A DNA stretch of 64,000 nt from Cyclobacteriaceae bacterium (GTDB lineage Bacteria; Bacteroidota; Bacteroidia; Cytophagales; Cyclobacteriaceae). Below, in pieces: positions 18,805 to 28,332 of the stretch (position 1 is the first letter of the stretch; each line of letters opens with the position of its first letter). Where the stretch lies: NCBI GenBank assembly GCA_965217305.1, contig CBDCHN010000007.1:322522-386521 (forward strand), in the 5' to 3' direction. The notes under the pieces were generated by a model that worked only from the letters and a program-made list of their open reading frames with translations, searched no databases and was not told the origin of the DNA. Both the position numbers and the translations under genes were made by a program.

Positions 18805-19221
18805 TTAGTCCCGTATTTTCTTGAAGAAACGTTGCAACAATTGTCGGGCTTCATCGGCGTATAGACCAGTAGCCACCTGGGTTTTAGGGTGCAAAATATG
18901 CGGATTATACTTTCGAAAACCCCGCTCGGGATCGTCGGCAGCCCACACCAGTTGGCCCAGGTGCGCCCAGTGGATGGCTCCGGCGCACATCACGCAGGGC
19001 TCCAGGGTGACGTACAATGTGCAGTCGGGCAAATATTTGGCTCCTAGATGATCAAAAGCCGCGGTCAGGGCCAGCATTTCGGCGTGGGCGGTGGGATCGT
19101 TGAGGCGTTCGGTCTGATTGTGAGCGCGGGCAATGATGCGATCGTTGGCCACCACCACAGCTCCCACGGGAATTTCGCCTTCCTCGTAGGCTTGTTGGGC
19201 CTGCTGTAGAGCCAGTTGCAT
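18805..19221 (-). CDS. tadA: tRNA adenosine(34) deaminase
   Basis: HAEMLAL..TLEPCVMCAGAI CDA zinc motifs. Start taken at ATG 19221 (MQLALQQAQ..). Confidence 0.85.
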   Translation of the reverse strand: MQLALQQAQQAYEEGEIPVGAVVVANDRIIARAHNQTERLNDPTAHAEMLALTAAFDHLGAKYLPDCTLYVTLEPCVMCAGAIHWAHLGQLVWAADDPERGFRKYNPHILHPKTQVATGLYADEARQLLQRFFKKIRD

Positions 19222-19252
19222 GTAGTGTTCGTTGTCCACTACCACACTACGC

Positions 19253-19489
19253 TTAATCCAAACCAATATGCGGTTCCCCGCCGGGCCGTTTAATACGCTC
19301 TATCTCACGACGTAGTTCAGACATTTCTTCTACCCCCTTTTCGATAGCGCCCAAGCGTTTATTGGTTTCCTGGGCAGTAAGTAATAGTTGAGCTTGCCCT
19401 TGGACTAGTACATTTAGCAACTCATTTTGCTGATCCTGTCTCTTCAGTGAATCGGCGAGTAGCTCTACAATGCGATCTTCGTTTTTCAT
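19253..19489 (-). CDS. hypothetical coiled-coil protein
   Basis: 78-aa ORF with heptad-like, charged sequence. No family recognised. Confidence 0.3.
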   Translation of the reverse strand: MKNEDRIVELLADSLKRQDQQNELLNVLVQGQAQLLLTAQETNKRLGAIEKGVEEMSELRREIERIKRPGGEPHIGLD

Positions 19490-19623
19490 GATACAATAGA
19501 TTTGCTCATAAAGATACGGCTTTACGTTCAGTCAGCCAACAACTGCGTGGATTGATAGTAAAACCGTTCACGAATGATCAGTTTGTTCCAGGCAATTGAG
19601 TTTGGCAACGCACTCAATCAACG

Positions 19624-19914
19624 TCATTGTTTTTCCGGTTGCAACACCCTCGCTTCGTGCTCGTAAGTGCGAAAATCCAGCGGATAGAGCCGCTCCATCA
19701 CCAGCATCTCCCATTTTTTAGCCTCGTCCAAGTCCAACCGCACAAACTTCACCACCAGTGAGTTGATCTGATTGGCGTATTTCATCTTTTCGGCCTCCGA
19801 ACCAATGTCGGAACGCGTATCCTCGGTAAACAGCTTGGCTACCTCAGTAGACGATAGCGCAATCATGGTGTTGTTCGCTCCTTGCGATAGAGTTTTAGGA
19901 TAGCGCTTATTCAT
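19624..19914 (-). CDS. hypothetical protein
   Basis: 96-aa ORF starting 8 nt downstream of the lysS stop, same strand. No family recognised. Confidence 0.4.
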   Translation of the reverse strand: MNKRYPKTLSQGANNTMIALSSTEVAKLFTEDTRSDIGSEAEKMKYANQINSLVVKFVRLDLDEAKKWEMLVMERLYPLDFRTYEHEARVLQPEKQ

Positions 19915-19921
19915 TGCATCA

Positions 19922-21655
19922 TTAGGTTTTTGTCCACCCGGTCACCTCTTCCAAACTCGGATTCTTCACCTCCTTGAGCTTCATTTTCTTCCGCATCCCG
20001 CTCAAATCGTTGTGCAGTTTGTTGGGTGAGGCTTCATCGAGTTGCGCCACCATCAGGATGCCCAGCTTGTGCAAGATGGGAATCAACTCGGGCCGCACCC
20101 CCCGATCCATGAATTCCTGTTCGGTAGATTCTTGCACCCGGGCTTCGGGTTTCATTTGCGGGAAGAAGAGCACGTCCTGAATTGAAGCACTGTTGGTCAT
20201 GATCATCGTCAGGCGGTCGATGCCCAGGCCTACTCCGGCGGTGGGCGGCATGCCGTACTCCAGGGCGCGCAAGAAGTCTTCGTCCAGCATCATGGCTTCT
20301 TCGTCGCCCCGCTTGGCCAGCTTCAGTTGTTCCTCGAAGCGCTGCCGCTGGTCCACTGGGTCGTTGAGCTCCGAGTAGGCATTCATAATCTCCTTGCCGT
20401 TGCAGATGGCCTCGAAGCGCTCCACCAGCTCCGGGTTGTCGCGGTGGCGCTTGGTGAGCGGCGACATCTCCACCGGGTAGTCGGTGATAAAGGTGGGCTG
20501 AATGAGGTGTGGCTCGCAGGTTTCGCCGAAGATTTCGTCGATCAGTTTGCCCTTGCCCATCGTGTCGTCAATAGGTACGTTCAGTTTGCGGGCGGTGTCG
20601 CGCAACTCCGTTTCGTCCATCGCGCTGATGTCGACATCAGTGAAGTGCTGAATGGCTTCGAACATGGTGAAGCGCTTCCAGGGACGCTTGAAGTCGATCA
20701 CGTGGTCACCGACGGGCACTTCAGTGGTGCCGTGCAGGTCCAGGGCCACCTTCTCTACCATCTCCTCCATGAGTTCCATCATCCAGAAGTAGTCTTTATA
20801 AGCCACGTAGAGCTCAATCTGCGTGAACTCGGGATTGTGGAAGCGCGACATCCCTTCGTTTCGAAAGTCTTTGGCAAACTCGTACACCCCGTCGAAGCCG
20901 CCCACAATCAGGCGTTTCAGGTACAATTCGTTGGCGACGCGCAGGTAGAGCGTCATGTCCAGCGTGTTGTGGTGGGTCTTGAACGGACGCGCGGCCGCTC
21001 CTCCGTACAGCGGTTGCAGAATTGGGGTTTCCACCTCCAAGTAGCCCTTGTCGTTCAAGAAATCCCGCATCGACTGCATCAGCTTCGAGCGCTGCCGGAA
21101 GGTCTGCCGCACCCGTGGGTTCACGATCATGTCTACGTAGCGCTGCCGGTAGCGCTGCTCGGGATCGGTGAAGGCATCATAAACCTTCGTCTCGCCGGTG
21201 GCTTCGCCGGTCACCTCGCGGGGCAACGGCAGGGGTCGCAGCGACTTGGCCAGTATGGTGAGTTCTTTCACGTGGACGGTCACCTCGCCGGTTTGGGTGG
21301 TGAACACGTGGCCCTGCACCCCAATGATGTCGCCAATATCCAGCAGCTTTTTGAATACGTCGTTGTAGAGTGCCTTGTCGTCGCCGGGGCAGATTTCGTC
21401 GCGGGCAATGTAGAGCTGAATGCGTCCGCTGCTGTCCTGCAACTCGGCAAACGATGCCTTGCCCATAATGCGGCGGCGCATCAAGCGACCCGCTAGGCGC
21501 ACGTCCTGAAAGTCGTCGGGGTTCGCCTTATACGATTGCGCAATCGCCGCGGCAGTAGTGGTGACATCAAAAGATTCGGGCGGATAGGGATTAATGCCAC
21601 GGGTCAGTAGAGCCTGCCGTTCTTCTCTTCTTCGTAGTTCTTGTTCGCTTAGCAT
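19922..21655 (-). CDS. lysS: lysine--tRNA ligase (class II) with Bacteroidota-type C-terminal extension
   Basis: Class II motifs (..[15 protein letters not shown].., [10 protein letters not shown]). Start at ATG 21655 ([11 protein letters not shown]..). Confidence 0.95.
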   Translation of the reverse strand: MLSEQELRRREERQALLTRGINPYPPESFDVTTTAAAIAQSYKANPDDFQDVRLAGRLMRRRIMGKASFAELQDSSGRIQLYIARDEICPGDDKALYNDVFKKLLDIGDIIGVQGHVFTTQTGEVTVHVKELTILAKSLRPLPLPREVTGEATGETKVYDAFTDPEQRYRQRYVDMIVNPRVRQTFRQRSKLMQSMRDFLNDKGYLEVETPILQPLYGGAAARPFKTHHNTLDMTLYLRVANELYLKRLIVGGFDGVYEFAKDFRNEGMSRFHNPEFTQIELYVAYKDYFWMMELMEEMVEKVALDLHGTTEVPVGDHVIDFKRPWKRFTMFEAIQHFTDVDISAMDETELRDTARKLNVPIDDTMGKGKLIDEIFGETCEPHLIQPTFITDYPVEMSPLTKRHRDNPELVERFEAICNGKEIMNAYSELNDPVDQRQRFEEQLKLAKRGDEEAMMLDEDFLRALEYGMPPTAGVGLGIDRLTMIMTNSASIQDVLFFPQMKPEARVQESTEQEFMDRGVRPELIPILHKLGILMVAQLDEASPNKLHNDLSGMRKKMKLKEVKNPSLEEVTGWTKT

Positions 21656-21857
21656 TGGGTTTTGCTTGTTTCTTGGGTAAAACGGGTTGGTGTGCAGTTG
21701 TACGGATTGCAAAGATGATAAGCAGTGCGCTTAAAATTTTCGAACGCAGTCCGCGTTACTCATTCCGGGTCATCCGATCGCAATAATAAGGATTGTTGGT
21801 GGCTTGCTTACCAGAAGCCGCGAATTTTCGCTAACATTGCACCTTAAAATCCTCCGT

Positions 21858-23897
21858 ATGCGCTATTTATTTGGACAGACATTGCCGTTTACCTTTTCCA
21901 TCGGGCGAACCGCAGTTTGTGCCTTAGCTCTGCTCACCGCTGCCTGCTCCACCACCAAAAAGTCGGCTAACCAAACCAGCACCTTCCAACCACAGGAAGC
22001 GGTGCTGTTCAAGGTGGCCAACGACTCGGTTCGCGCCGACGAGTTTATGTACGTCTACCAAAAGAACCAGGCCGACTCGATAACCCGCATGAGCGAGGCG
22101 TCTCAGGCCGAAGCGGTGCGCGACTATTTGAAGCTTTACGTAAATTTTAAGCTCAAGGTGAAGGCGGCCGAAGCAGCGCAGCTGGATCAGAAAGAAAGCT
22201 TTAAGAAGGAGCTGGCGCAGTATCAGCAACAACTGGCTAAGCCTTACCTGGTAGAAAACCGCGTTACCGAGCAACTGATCGAGGAAGCCTACGAGCGCTC
22301 CAAGCAAGAGGTGAAGGCCTCGCACATTCTGATCACGGTGGCGGAAGATGCTTCCCCAGCTGACACCCTGCGGGCCTACCAGAAGGCCGACAGCCTGCGG
22401 CAACTGGCCCAAAACGGAGCCTCCTTTGCTATGCTGGCCGAACAGTATTCTGACGACCCCTCGGCGGCCAGCAATGGCGGCGACTTGGGCTACTTCACCG
22501 CCCTGCAGATGGTTTACCCTTTCGAGAACGCCGCTTACCGCACCGAGGTGGGCAGCATCTCGCCCCCCGTTCGCACCCGCTTTGGCTACCATATCATCAA
22601 GGTGCACGACAAGCGCCCGTCGAAGGGCAAGGTGAAGGTGGCCCACATTATGATCCGCGAAGGCGAGAACGCCCAGGATTCTAGCGCCCGGCAGAAAGCG
22701 CAGCAAATTTATGAGCAATTGCAGCAGGGTGGCAACTGGAACGAACTGGCCGAGCGCTTTTCGGACGATGTGACCACCCGCTCATCAGGTGGCGAACTGC
22801 CGTTTTTCGGCACCGGCAACATGATCGAAAGCTTCGAGGATGCGGCCTTCGCCCTGAACAATCCGGGTGACATTTCTCCGCCGGTGAAAACCCGCTTCGG
22901 CTGGCATGTGATCAAACTCATCGAGCGGCAGGGGCTGGAACCGCTGAGCGAACTGCGCCCGTCGCTCGAGCGCCGCATCGACCGCAGCGTGCGCTCCGAG
23001 GTGATGCAAAGCGAGATGGTGGACCTGCTGAAGCAAGAAAATGGGTACGAAGGTAATGCTGAGTTGATTCAGGGTGTTATCGATCAGACGCAGTCGTCCG
23101 AAGTGCGTGATATTCCTGCGGAGGCCGTGCTGTTCACCATGCAAGACACTACGCTGACCGTAGACGACTTTTATGCTTTTCTTAAAGAACGGTCGGAAGA
23201 ATCTGCCGCAGACAGCGCCGTAGCCTGGCAGGCCTACCACGACTTTGAGGCGCAGAGCATTCTTACCTACGAAGAGCGGCACCTGCTGGATAAGTACGAA
23301 GACTACCGCCGTATCTTACAGGAATACCGCGACGGCATTCTGCTGTTCGACATCATGGAAAAGAAAGTCTGGTCGAAGGCCATGGACGACAGCGTTGGGC
23401 TGCGCGACTACTTTGCGGCGCACCGCGACGACTACCGATGGAACGAACGCCTCCGGGCAACCCTGGTAGATGCCGAAAGCGAGCGGGTGCTTAATCTGGT
23501 AAAACAAGACCGGCAAGGTAAGCAATCTCCTTTGTCGGAAGAGGAACGGGCAGCGCTGGAGAAAAAGTATACCAAAGACTCGCCGCTGGCGCTGCAAATT
23601 CGGCAAGAAACCTACGAGCGCGGCAAGCCCCGCACGGCGGCCGAAGCAGTGATTGACCAAATAGATTGGACACCCGGCACCTACTCGGCAGAGAACAACG
23701 GGCGATTTTACTATATTCAGGTGCAGGAGGTGTTGCCCCCCCAATTGAAAGAATTAAACGAGATAAAGGGCATTGTAATTGCTGATTACCAAAATTATCT
23801 GGACCAGCAGTGGGTCACCGCGCTGCGCCAGCAATACTTGGTAGAAATTAACGACAATGTCTTACAACAAGTCACTAGTGCGCTCAGCGAACGCTAA
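21858..23897 (+). CDS. peptidyl-prolyl isomerase, two parvulin domains (SurA/PpiD-like)
   Basis: Two copies of the parvulin signature (..ASHILI..GGDLGYF..FGYHIIK and ..VAHIMI..GGELPFF..FGWHVIK). Start at ATG 21858. Confidence 0.85.
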   Translation: MRYLFGQTLPFTFSIGRTAVCALALLTAACSTTKKSANQTSTFQPQEAVLFKVANDSVRADEFMYVYQKNQADSITRMSEASQAEAVRDYLKLYVNFKLKVKAAEAAQLDQKESFKKELAQYQQQLAKPYLVENRVTEQLIEEAYERSKQEVKASHILITVAEDASPADTLRAYQKADSLRQLAQNGASFAMLAEQYSDDPSAASNGGDLGYFTALQMVYPFENAAYRTEVGSISPPVRTRFGYHIIKVHDKRPSKGKVKVAHIMIREGENAQDSSARQKAQQIYEQLQQGGNWNELAERFSDDVTTRSSGGELPFFGTGNMIESFEDAAFALNNPGDISPPVKTRFGWHVIKLIERQGLEPLSELRPSLERRIDRSVRSEVMQSEMVDLLKQENGYEGNAELIQGVIDQTQSSEVRDIPAEAVLFTMQDTTLTVDDFYAFLKERSEESAADSAVAWQAYHDFEAQSILTYEERHLLDKYEDYRRILQEYRDGILLFDIMEKKVWSKAMDDSVGLRDYFAAHRDDYRWNERLRATLVDAESERVLNLVKQDRQGKQSPLSEEERAALEKKYTKDSPLALQIRQETYERGKPRTAAEAVIDQIDWTPGTYSAENNGRFYYIQVQEVLPPQLKELNEIKGIVIADYQNYLDQQWVTALRQQYLVEINDNVLQQVTSALSER

Positions 23898-23913
23898 GGC
23901 GGGGTTCTTTACT

Positions 23914-24840
23914 ATGGCTATGCTGCTTTTGGGCGCCTGCCGGGAACGCAGTCTGCCTAATTTTTTGCAGTTCAAAAACCAAGAAACCACCCAAGGAGTG
24001 ATCCGGCAGCCGGTGGCTCGGGTGTACGACAACTACCTCTACGAGCAAGATCTGGAAGGTCTGGTTGACGGGAAGAGCAGCCCCGAAGATAGTGCCAACC
24101 TGGTGTCTCGTTACATCGACACCTGGGTGAAGAAGCAGCTGCTGCTTGCCGAGGCCGCTTCGCAGATGAACATCGATGAGGCTGAGATGGAGCGCAAAAT
24201 TCTGGACTACCGCTACGCGCTCATTGTGTATGAGTTTGAAAAAAACTACGTGAACCAGGAGGTGGATACCGAAGTAAGCGAGAAGGAGATTGAACAATAT
24301 TATCAGGAGCACCAGGATAACTTTGAGCTGAAGCAGAACATCATCAAAGGCATTTTTGCGAAAGTGCCCCAGGAAGCCCCCCGGGTCGGCCGATTGCGTA
24401 ACCTGTTTCAGGGGGAACTGGACGAAGAGGCCCGATCGGAAATCCGTTCGTACTGTCTGAGCTTTGCCAGCGCCTACTCGCTCGACGACTCCACCTGGTA
24501 CAACTTTGAGGAGGTGATTGCCAACACTCCGCTGGTGAGCATCCCTAACAAAGTGCAGTTTCTACAAAAAAACGAGTACGTTGAAACCTCCGATGATATT
24601 TATGTGTACTTTGTTAAAGTGCAAGACTACAAAATTTCTGACCAGATATCGCCGTTAGAGTTTGTGAAGGACGACATTGTCAAGATTGTTACCAATCAGC
24701 GCAAAGTAGCCCTCACCCAGCAATTGGAAGAAGACATCTACCGCGATGCCAAAAAGAACAATGAGTTTGAGATATTCCCCCCTACCTCCCGCAGTGCTCC
24801 CATTCCTACCGATCTTTCGGGCCAGTCGGCTAATCGTTAA
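23914..24840 (+). CDS. periplasmic chaperone-like lipoprotein (no parvulin domain)
   Basis: MAMLLLGAC lipobox, helical SurA-N-like sequence, sandwiched between two PPIase genes. Confidence 0.6.
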   Translation: MAMLLLGACRERSLPNFLQFKNQETTQGVIRQPVARVYDNYLYEQDLEGLVDGKSSPEDSANLVSRYIDTWVKKQLLLAEAASQMNIDEAEMERKILDYRYALIVYEFEKNYVNQEVDTEVSEKEIEQYYQEHQDNFELKQNIIKGIFAKVPQEAPRVGRLRNLFQGELDEEARSEIRSYCLSFASAYSLDDSTWYNFEEVIANTPLVSIPNKVQFLQKNEYVETSDDIYVYFVKVQDYKISDQISPLEFVKDDIVKIVTNQRKVALTQQLEEDIYRDAKKNNEFEIFPPTSRSAPIPTDLSGQSANR

Positions 24841-24925
24841 CTGGATGTTGGACGTTAGATGTTGGATTTTGGATGTTAGTAAACATTCAATATCTAATAT
24901 TCAATATCTATTAATTCTAGTTGGA
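24841..24925 (+). repeat. GGATG/TGGAT-word repeat forming a long G.U-rich hairpin on the + strand (family copy 2)
   Basis: CTGGATGTTGGACGTTAGATGTTGGATTTTGGATGTT .. AACATTCAATATCTAATATTCAATATCTA. Hand folding of 24849-24910 gives 26 pairs including 7 G.U, with 3 mismatches. Confidence 0.6.
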
Positions 24926-26227
24926 ATATTGCTTCCCCTCTTCGCCAACGCCCAGCCCTCCGTAGGGCAAACGGTGGATAAGATTGTGGTCAAGGTCGAT
25001 AACTTCATCGTGCTCAAGTCGGATCTGGAAGGAGCCTTGCAAGAAGCGCAGCGCAACAGCCCCGCCGGGGTCAACTACACCCGTTGCCAGATTCTGCAGC
25101 AGTTGGTCATCGAAAAGTTGCTGCTCGCCAAAGCCGAGATCGACTCGGTGGTGGTGGAAGAGCCGCGCGTGGAATCAGAACTGGCCCGCCGCCTGCAGTA
25201 CATGACCAACGCCTACGGTCAGGAAAACATCGAAGAGCAGTTCGGCAAATCCATTGAGGAGATCGGCGAAGACCTGCGCGTCGACATTCGCGACCAACTG
25301 GTGGTGCAGCAGATGCAGAGCACCATCACTCAGGATATCAAAGTGACCCCGGCCGAAGTGCGCCGCTTCTTTAACGACATTCCGCAGGACAGCTTGCCGT
25401 TTTACTCATCGGAGGTAACGGTGGGCCAGATTGTGAAACTACCCACCGTGAGTAAGGGGCAAAAAGAAGCCGCTCGCAAGAAGCTGGCGGACATTCGCGA
25501 GCAGATTGTTAACGGCGGAGATTTTGCCAAGCTAGCGCGGGAGTTTTCCAATGATCCGGGATCGGGTTCACAGGGTGGCGAACTGGGGTTTGTGGAACGG
25601 GGGCAGTTTGTGCCCGAGTTTGAGGCGGCGGCGCTCAAGATGCAGCCTGGCGAACTGTCGCAACCCGTAGAATCAGACTTTGGCTTCCACTTGATTCAGC
25701 TGATCGAACGCCGCGGAAACCGTTATAACAGCCGCCACATCCTGATCAAGCCCAACTCGTCGGCCCTGGACGTGGAGTACGCCCGTGCGTATCTGGATAG
25801 CTTACGCACCCAAATCCTGACCGACAGCATCCCCTTTGCCACCGCCGCCAAAGAAGAGTCGGATGATAAGGAAACGGCAAGCAGTGGTGGGTTTTTCTTA
25901 AGTCCCGATGGCTCTAACCGGGTGTCTACCGAAAACATCGACCCGGTCATCTTTTTTACCATCGACACCATGCAGGTGGGAGCTATCACCCCGCCGCTTA
26001 CCTACCGCATGAACAACGGTGAACCGGCGGTGCGTATCCTGTATCTAAAGTCTAAGTCGCGACCTCATCAGGCCAATCTGCGCGACGATTATCAGAAGAT
26101 TTACAATGCCGCCCTGCAGGAAAAGCGCACGCGCATCCTGGAAGCGTGGTTCGGCGACGCCCGCCAGCAGGTCTATATCGACATTGATCCTGAGCACAGC
26201 GACTGCGACGTGGCCAACAGCATCTGA
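24845..26227 (+). CDS. peptidyl-prolyl isomerase SurA-like (SurA-N + parvulin)
   Basis: ..GGELGFVERGQFVPEFE..DFGFHLIQLIE parvulin motif and signal peptide ..LLPLFANA/Q. I chose the ATG at 24845; the part of the ORF upstream of the previous gene's stop was discarded. Confidence 0.85.
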   Translation: MLDVRCWILDVSKHSISNIQYLLILVGILLPLFANAQPSVGQTVDKIVVKVDNFIVLKSDLEGALQEAQRNSPAGVNYTRCQILQQLVIEKLLLAKAEIDSVVVEEPRVESELARRLQYMTNAYGQENIEEQFGKSIEEIGEDLRVDIRDQLVVQQMQSTITQDIKVTPAEVRRFFNDIPQDSLPFYSSEVTVGQIVKLPTVSKGQKEAARKKLADIREQIVNGGDFAKLAREFSNDPGSGSQGGELGFVERGQFVPEFEAAALKMQPGELSQPVESDFGFHLIQLIERRGNRYNSRHILIKPNSSALDVEYARAYLDSLRTQILTDSIPFATAAKEESDDKETASSGGFFLSPDGSNRVSTENIDPVIFFTIDTMQVGAITPPLTYRMNNGEPAVRILYLKSKSRPHQANLRDDYQKIYNAALQEKRTRILEAWFGDARQQVYIDIDPEHSDCDVANSI

Positions 26228-26260
26228 CTCCTTTTCTTACCCTTACCTAATCATACCCCC

Positions 26261-27226
26261 ATGGACCAGCCGAATTCGGAAGTGGCGATCGCCGACAGTT
26301 TGTACGAAGACTACGTGAGACTCCGTGATGAAATTGGAAAAGTAGTGATCGGCCAGGACGAAGTGGTGCGCTTGCTGCTGATCTCGATCTTTTGTCGCGG
26401 CCATAGTTTGCTCATTGGGGTGCCCGGTTTGGCCAAAACCCTGCTGATCCACACCCTGGCCTCGGCGGTGAACCTCGACTTCAGTCGCATCCAGTTCACC
26501 CCCGACCTGATGCCCTCGGACATTCTGGGGGCCGAAACCATTGATCGCGACCGCAACTTCAAGTTTATCAAAGGGCCGATCTTTGCCAACATTGTGCTGG
26601 CCGATGAGATTAATAGAACGCCTCCCAAAACGCAAGCCGCCCTGTTGGAAGCCATGCAGGAGTATAAGGTGACGGTGGCTGGGGAGGATTATAAACTGGC
26701 CCAACCCTTCTTTGTGCTGGCCACGCAGAACCCCATCGAGCAAGAGGGCACCTACCCACTGCCCGAAGCACAATTAGACCGCTTTATGTTCGACATTCAG
26801 TTGACCTACCCGTCGTACGAGTCGGAGGTGGACATTGTGAAGGCCACCACCACCGACGTGAACTACGAGGTGCAAAAGGTGCTCACCGGCGAGCAGATTA
26901 TCGACTACCAGCACCTGGTGCGGCGGGTGCCTATCGCGGATAACGTGGTGGAGTACGCCGTGGGCTTGGCCAACAAAACCCGGCCCGGCACGGCCAAGGC
27001 CGACAAGGTAGCGGATGAGTTCTTAGAATGGGGAGCGGGTCCCCGGGCGTCGCAGTACCTGGTGCTGGCCGCCAAGTGCCACGCCTTGCTCGCGGGCAAA
27101 TACTCGCCCGACATTGAGGACGTGCGGGCGGTGGCTCAGCCCATCCTGCGCCACCGGGTGGTGCGCAACTTCAAGGCCGAAGCCGAGGGCTTATCAGTGA
27201 GTGATCTGATCGAACGGTTGCTGTAG
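26261..27226 (+). CDS. MoxR-family AAA+ ATPase
   Basis: HSLLIGVPGLAKT Walker A, LADEINR Walker B, ..NPIEQEGTYPLPEAQLDRF. Confidence 0.95.
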   Translation: MDQPNSEVAIADSLYEDYVRLRDEIGKVVIGQDEVVRLLLISIFCRGHSLLIGVPGLAKTLLIHTLASAVNLDFSRIQFTPDLMPSDILGAETIDRDRNFKFIKGPIFANIVLADEINRTPPKTQAALLEAMQEYKVTVAGEDYKLAQPFFVLATQNPIEQEGTYPLPEAQLDRFMFDIQLTYPSYESEVDIVKATTTDVNYEVQKVLTGEQIIDYQHLVRRVPIADNVVEYAVGLANKTRPGTAKADKVADEFLEWGAGPRASQYLVLAAKCHALLAGKYSPDIEDVRAVAQPILRHRVVRNFKAEAEGLSVSDLIERLL

Positions 27227-27236
27227 TCGTTATAGC

Positions 27237-27848
27237 TTAGAAGAGTAGCATGTCATTTGATGCATTATCTTCTTTAAAACTCACCTTCTGATAGATATTT
27301 TTCAGCATGATAGTGTGCTCAATCAATGCCAGCGTAACTTCGGACTCAATACCCGATGATGCTTGATAGCGCCATGACTTATCGTCCTGTTTAAAGAATA
27401 CTTCTACCAGCGGCTCTTCTTGTGATACGAGTACGTATTCCCGAAACGAAGGAAGTGAGCGATACATTTTGAACTTGGCTCCTCGATCATAACCTTCGGT
27501 AGAAGGAGACAACACTTCAACGATCAACACTGGATTTTTGATAGTATCGTTGCGACCTTCGGCAAATTCTAGCGGTCCGCAAACTACCGATACGTCGGGA
27601 AAAACGTAGCTTTGACGTTGCGCTGCCTCGATTTTCATATCGCTACTAAAACCAATGCAGTCTTTGTTATCTATTCCCTCCAGAATACGTCGGCTAATGT
27701 TGGCAGATATAATATTGTGGTACGGACTTCCCCCCGCCATCATAAACAACTCGCCGTCATGGTACTCAAACTTCTCTACCGACCGCTCTAGTAGCGCGAA
27801 GTATTCTTCTGTTGAGTAGTATCCTTTGTTCTCTTGCTGCGGTTCCAT
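27237..27848 (-). CDS. Uma2 (DUF820) family endonuclease, paralog 1
   Basis: FEYHDGELF..PDVSVV..NPVLIVEVLSPST..DRGAKFKMYRSLPSFREYVLV. Start at ATG 27848. Confidence 0.85.
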   Translation of the reverse strand: MEPQQENKGYYSTEEYFALLERSVEKFEYHDGELFMMAGGSPYHNIISANISRRILEGIDNKDCIGFSSDMKIEAAQRQSYVFPDVSVVCGPLEFAEGRNDTIKNPVLIVEVLSPSTEGYDRGAKFKMYRSLPSFREYVLVSQEEPLVEVFFKQDDKSWRYQASSGIESEVTLALIEHTIMLKNIYQKVSFKEDNASNDMLLF

Positions 27849-27902
27849 GCTAACTCTTTTTTTTTGTAAAATACGAAAAAGCAACAACCTTTGTTCAAGG
27901 CC

Positions 27903-27918
27903 ATCGTATTATTACGAT
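27903..27918. promoter_or_regulatory. inverted repeat ATCGTA-TTAT-TACGAT just upstream of arsR (candidate ArsR operator)
   Basis: 6-bp perfect arms ending 18 nt before the arsR ATG at 27936. A related dyad lies upstream of arsM. Confidence 0.5.
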
Positions 27919-27935
27919 AATAGAGCTAAGGAACA

Positions 27936-28262
27936 ATGGGAGCCACTAAAACTACGGTATTTACTGAGCAGCAGAATCAGATTGCGGATTACGCCAAAGC
28001 GTTATCGCATCCGGCGCGGGTAGCTATCCTGCAATTTCTAATTCAACGCAACGCCTGCGTGTGCGGTGATATTGTCGACGAACTACCCCTGTCGCAGTCC
28101 ACGGTGTCGCAGCACCTTAAAGAACTCAAGCGCATTGGCGTGGTGCAGGGCACCATTGAGGGCCCTAGCGTCTGCTACTGCATTGACCCGACCGCCTGGC
28201 AACGAATGAAGACCACGCTGAACGAACTGCTGGCTTCGTTTGACCGAAAGAACTGCTGCTAA
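27936..28262 (+). CDS. arsR: ArsR/SmtB-family metalloregulator
   Basis: LSHPARVAILQFL..CVCGDIV..LSQSTVSQHLKELK. Confidence 0.9.
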   Translation: MGATKTTVFTEQQNQIADYAKALSHPARVAILQFLIQRNACVCGDIVDELPLSQSTVSQHLKELKRIGVVQGTIEGPSVCYCIDPTAWQRMKTTLNELLASFDRKNCC

Positions 28263-28279
28263 AAAAATTTACCCTGAAT

Positions 28280-28297
28280 AATCGTAATATTGCGATT
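28280..28297. promoter_or_regulatory. inverted repeat AATCGTAA-TA-TTGCGATT upstream of arsM (candidate second ArsR operator)
   Basis: 7/8 complementary arms. It shares the ATCGTA-N4-TRCGAT core with 27903-27918 and ends 35 nt before the arsM ATG. Confidence 0.45.
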
Positions 28298-28332
28298 TTG
28301 CTTTTTATGTTTAACCAAATAATACCCCAATC

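Noticed and set aside
24746-24844. N-terminal extension of the SurA-like ORF back to 24746
   Set aside because: It would overlap the end of the upstream gene by ~95 nt. The ATG at 24845 follows the upstream stop directly and still yields a signal peptide.
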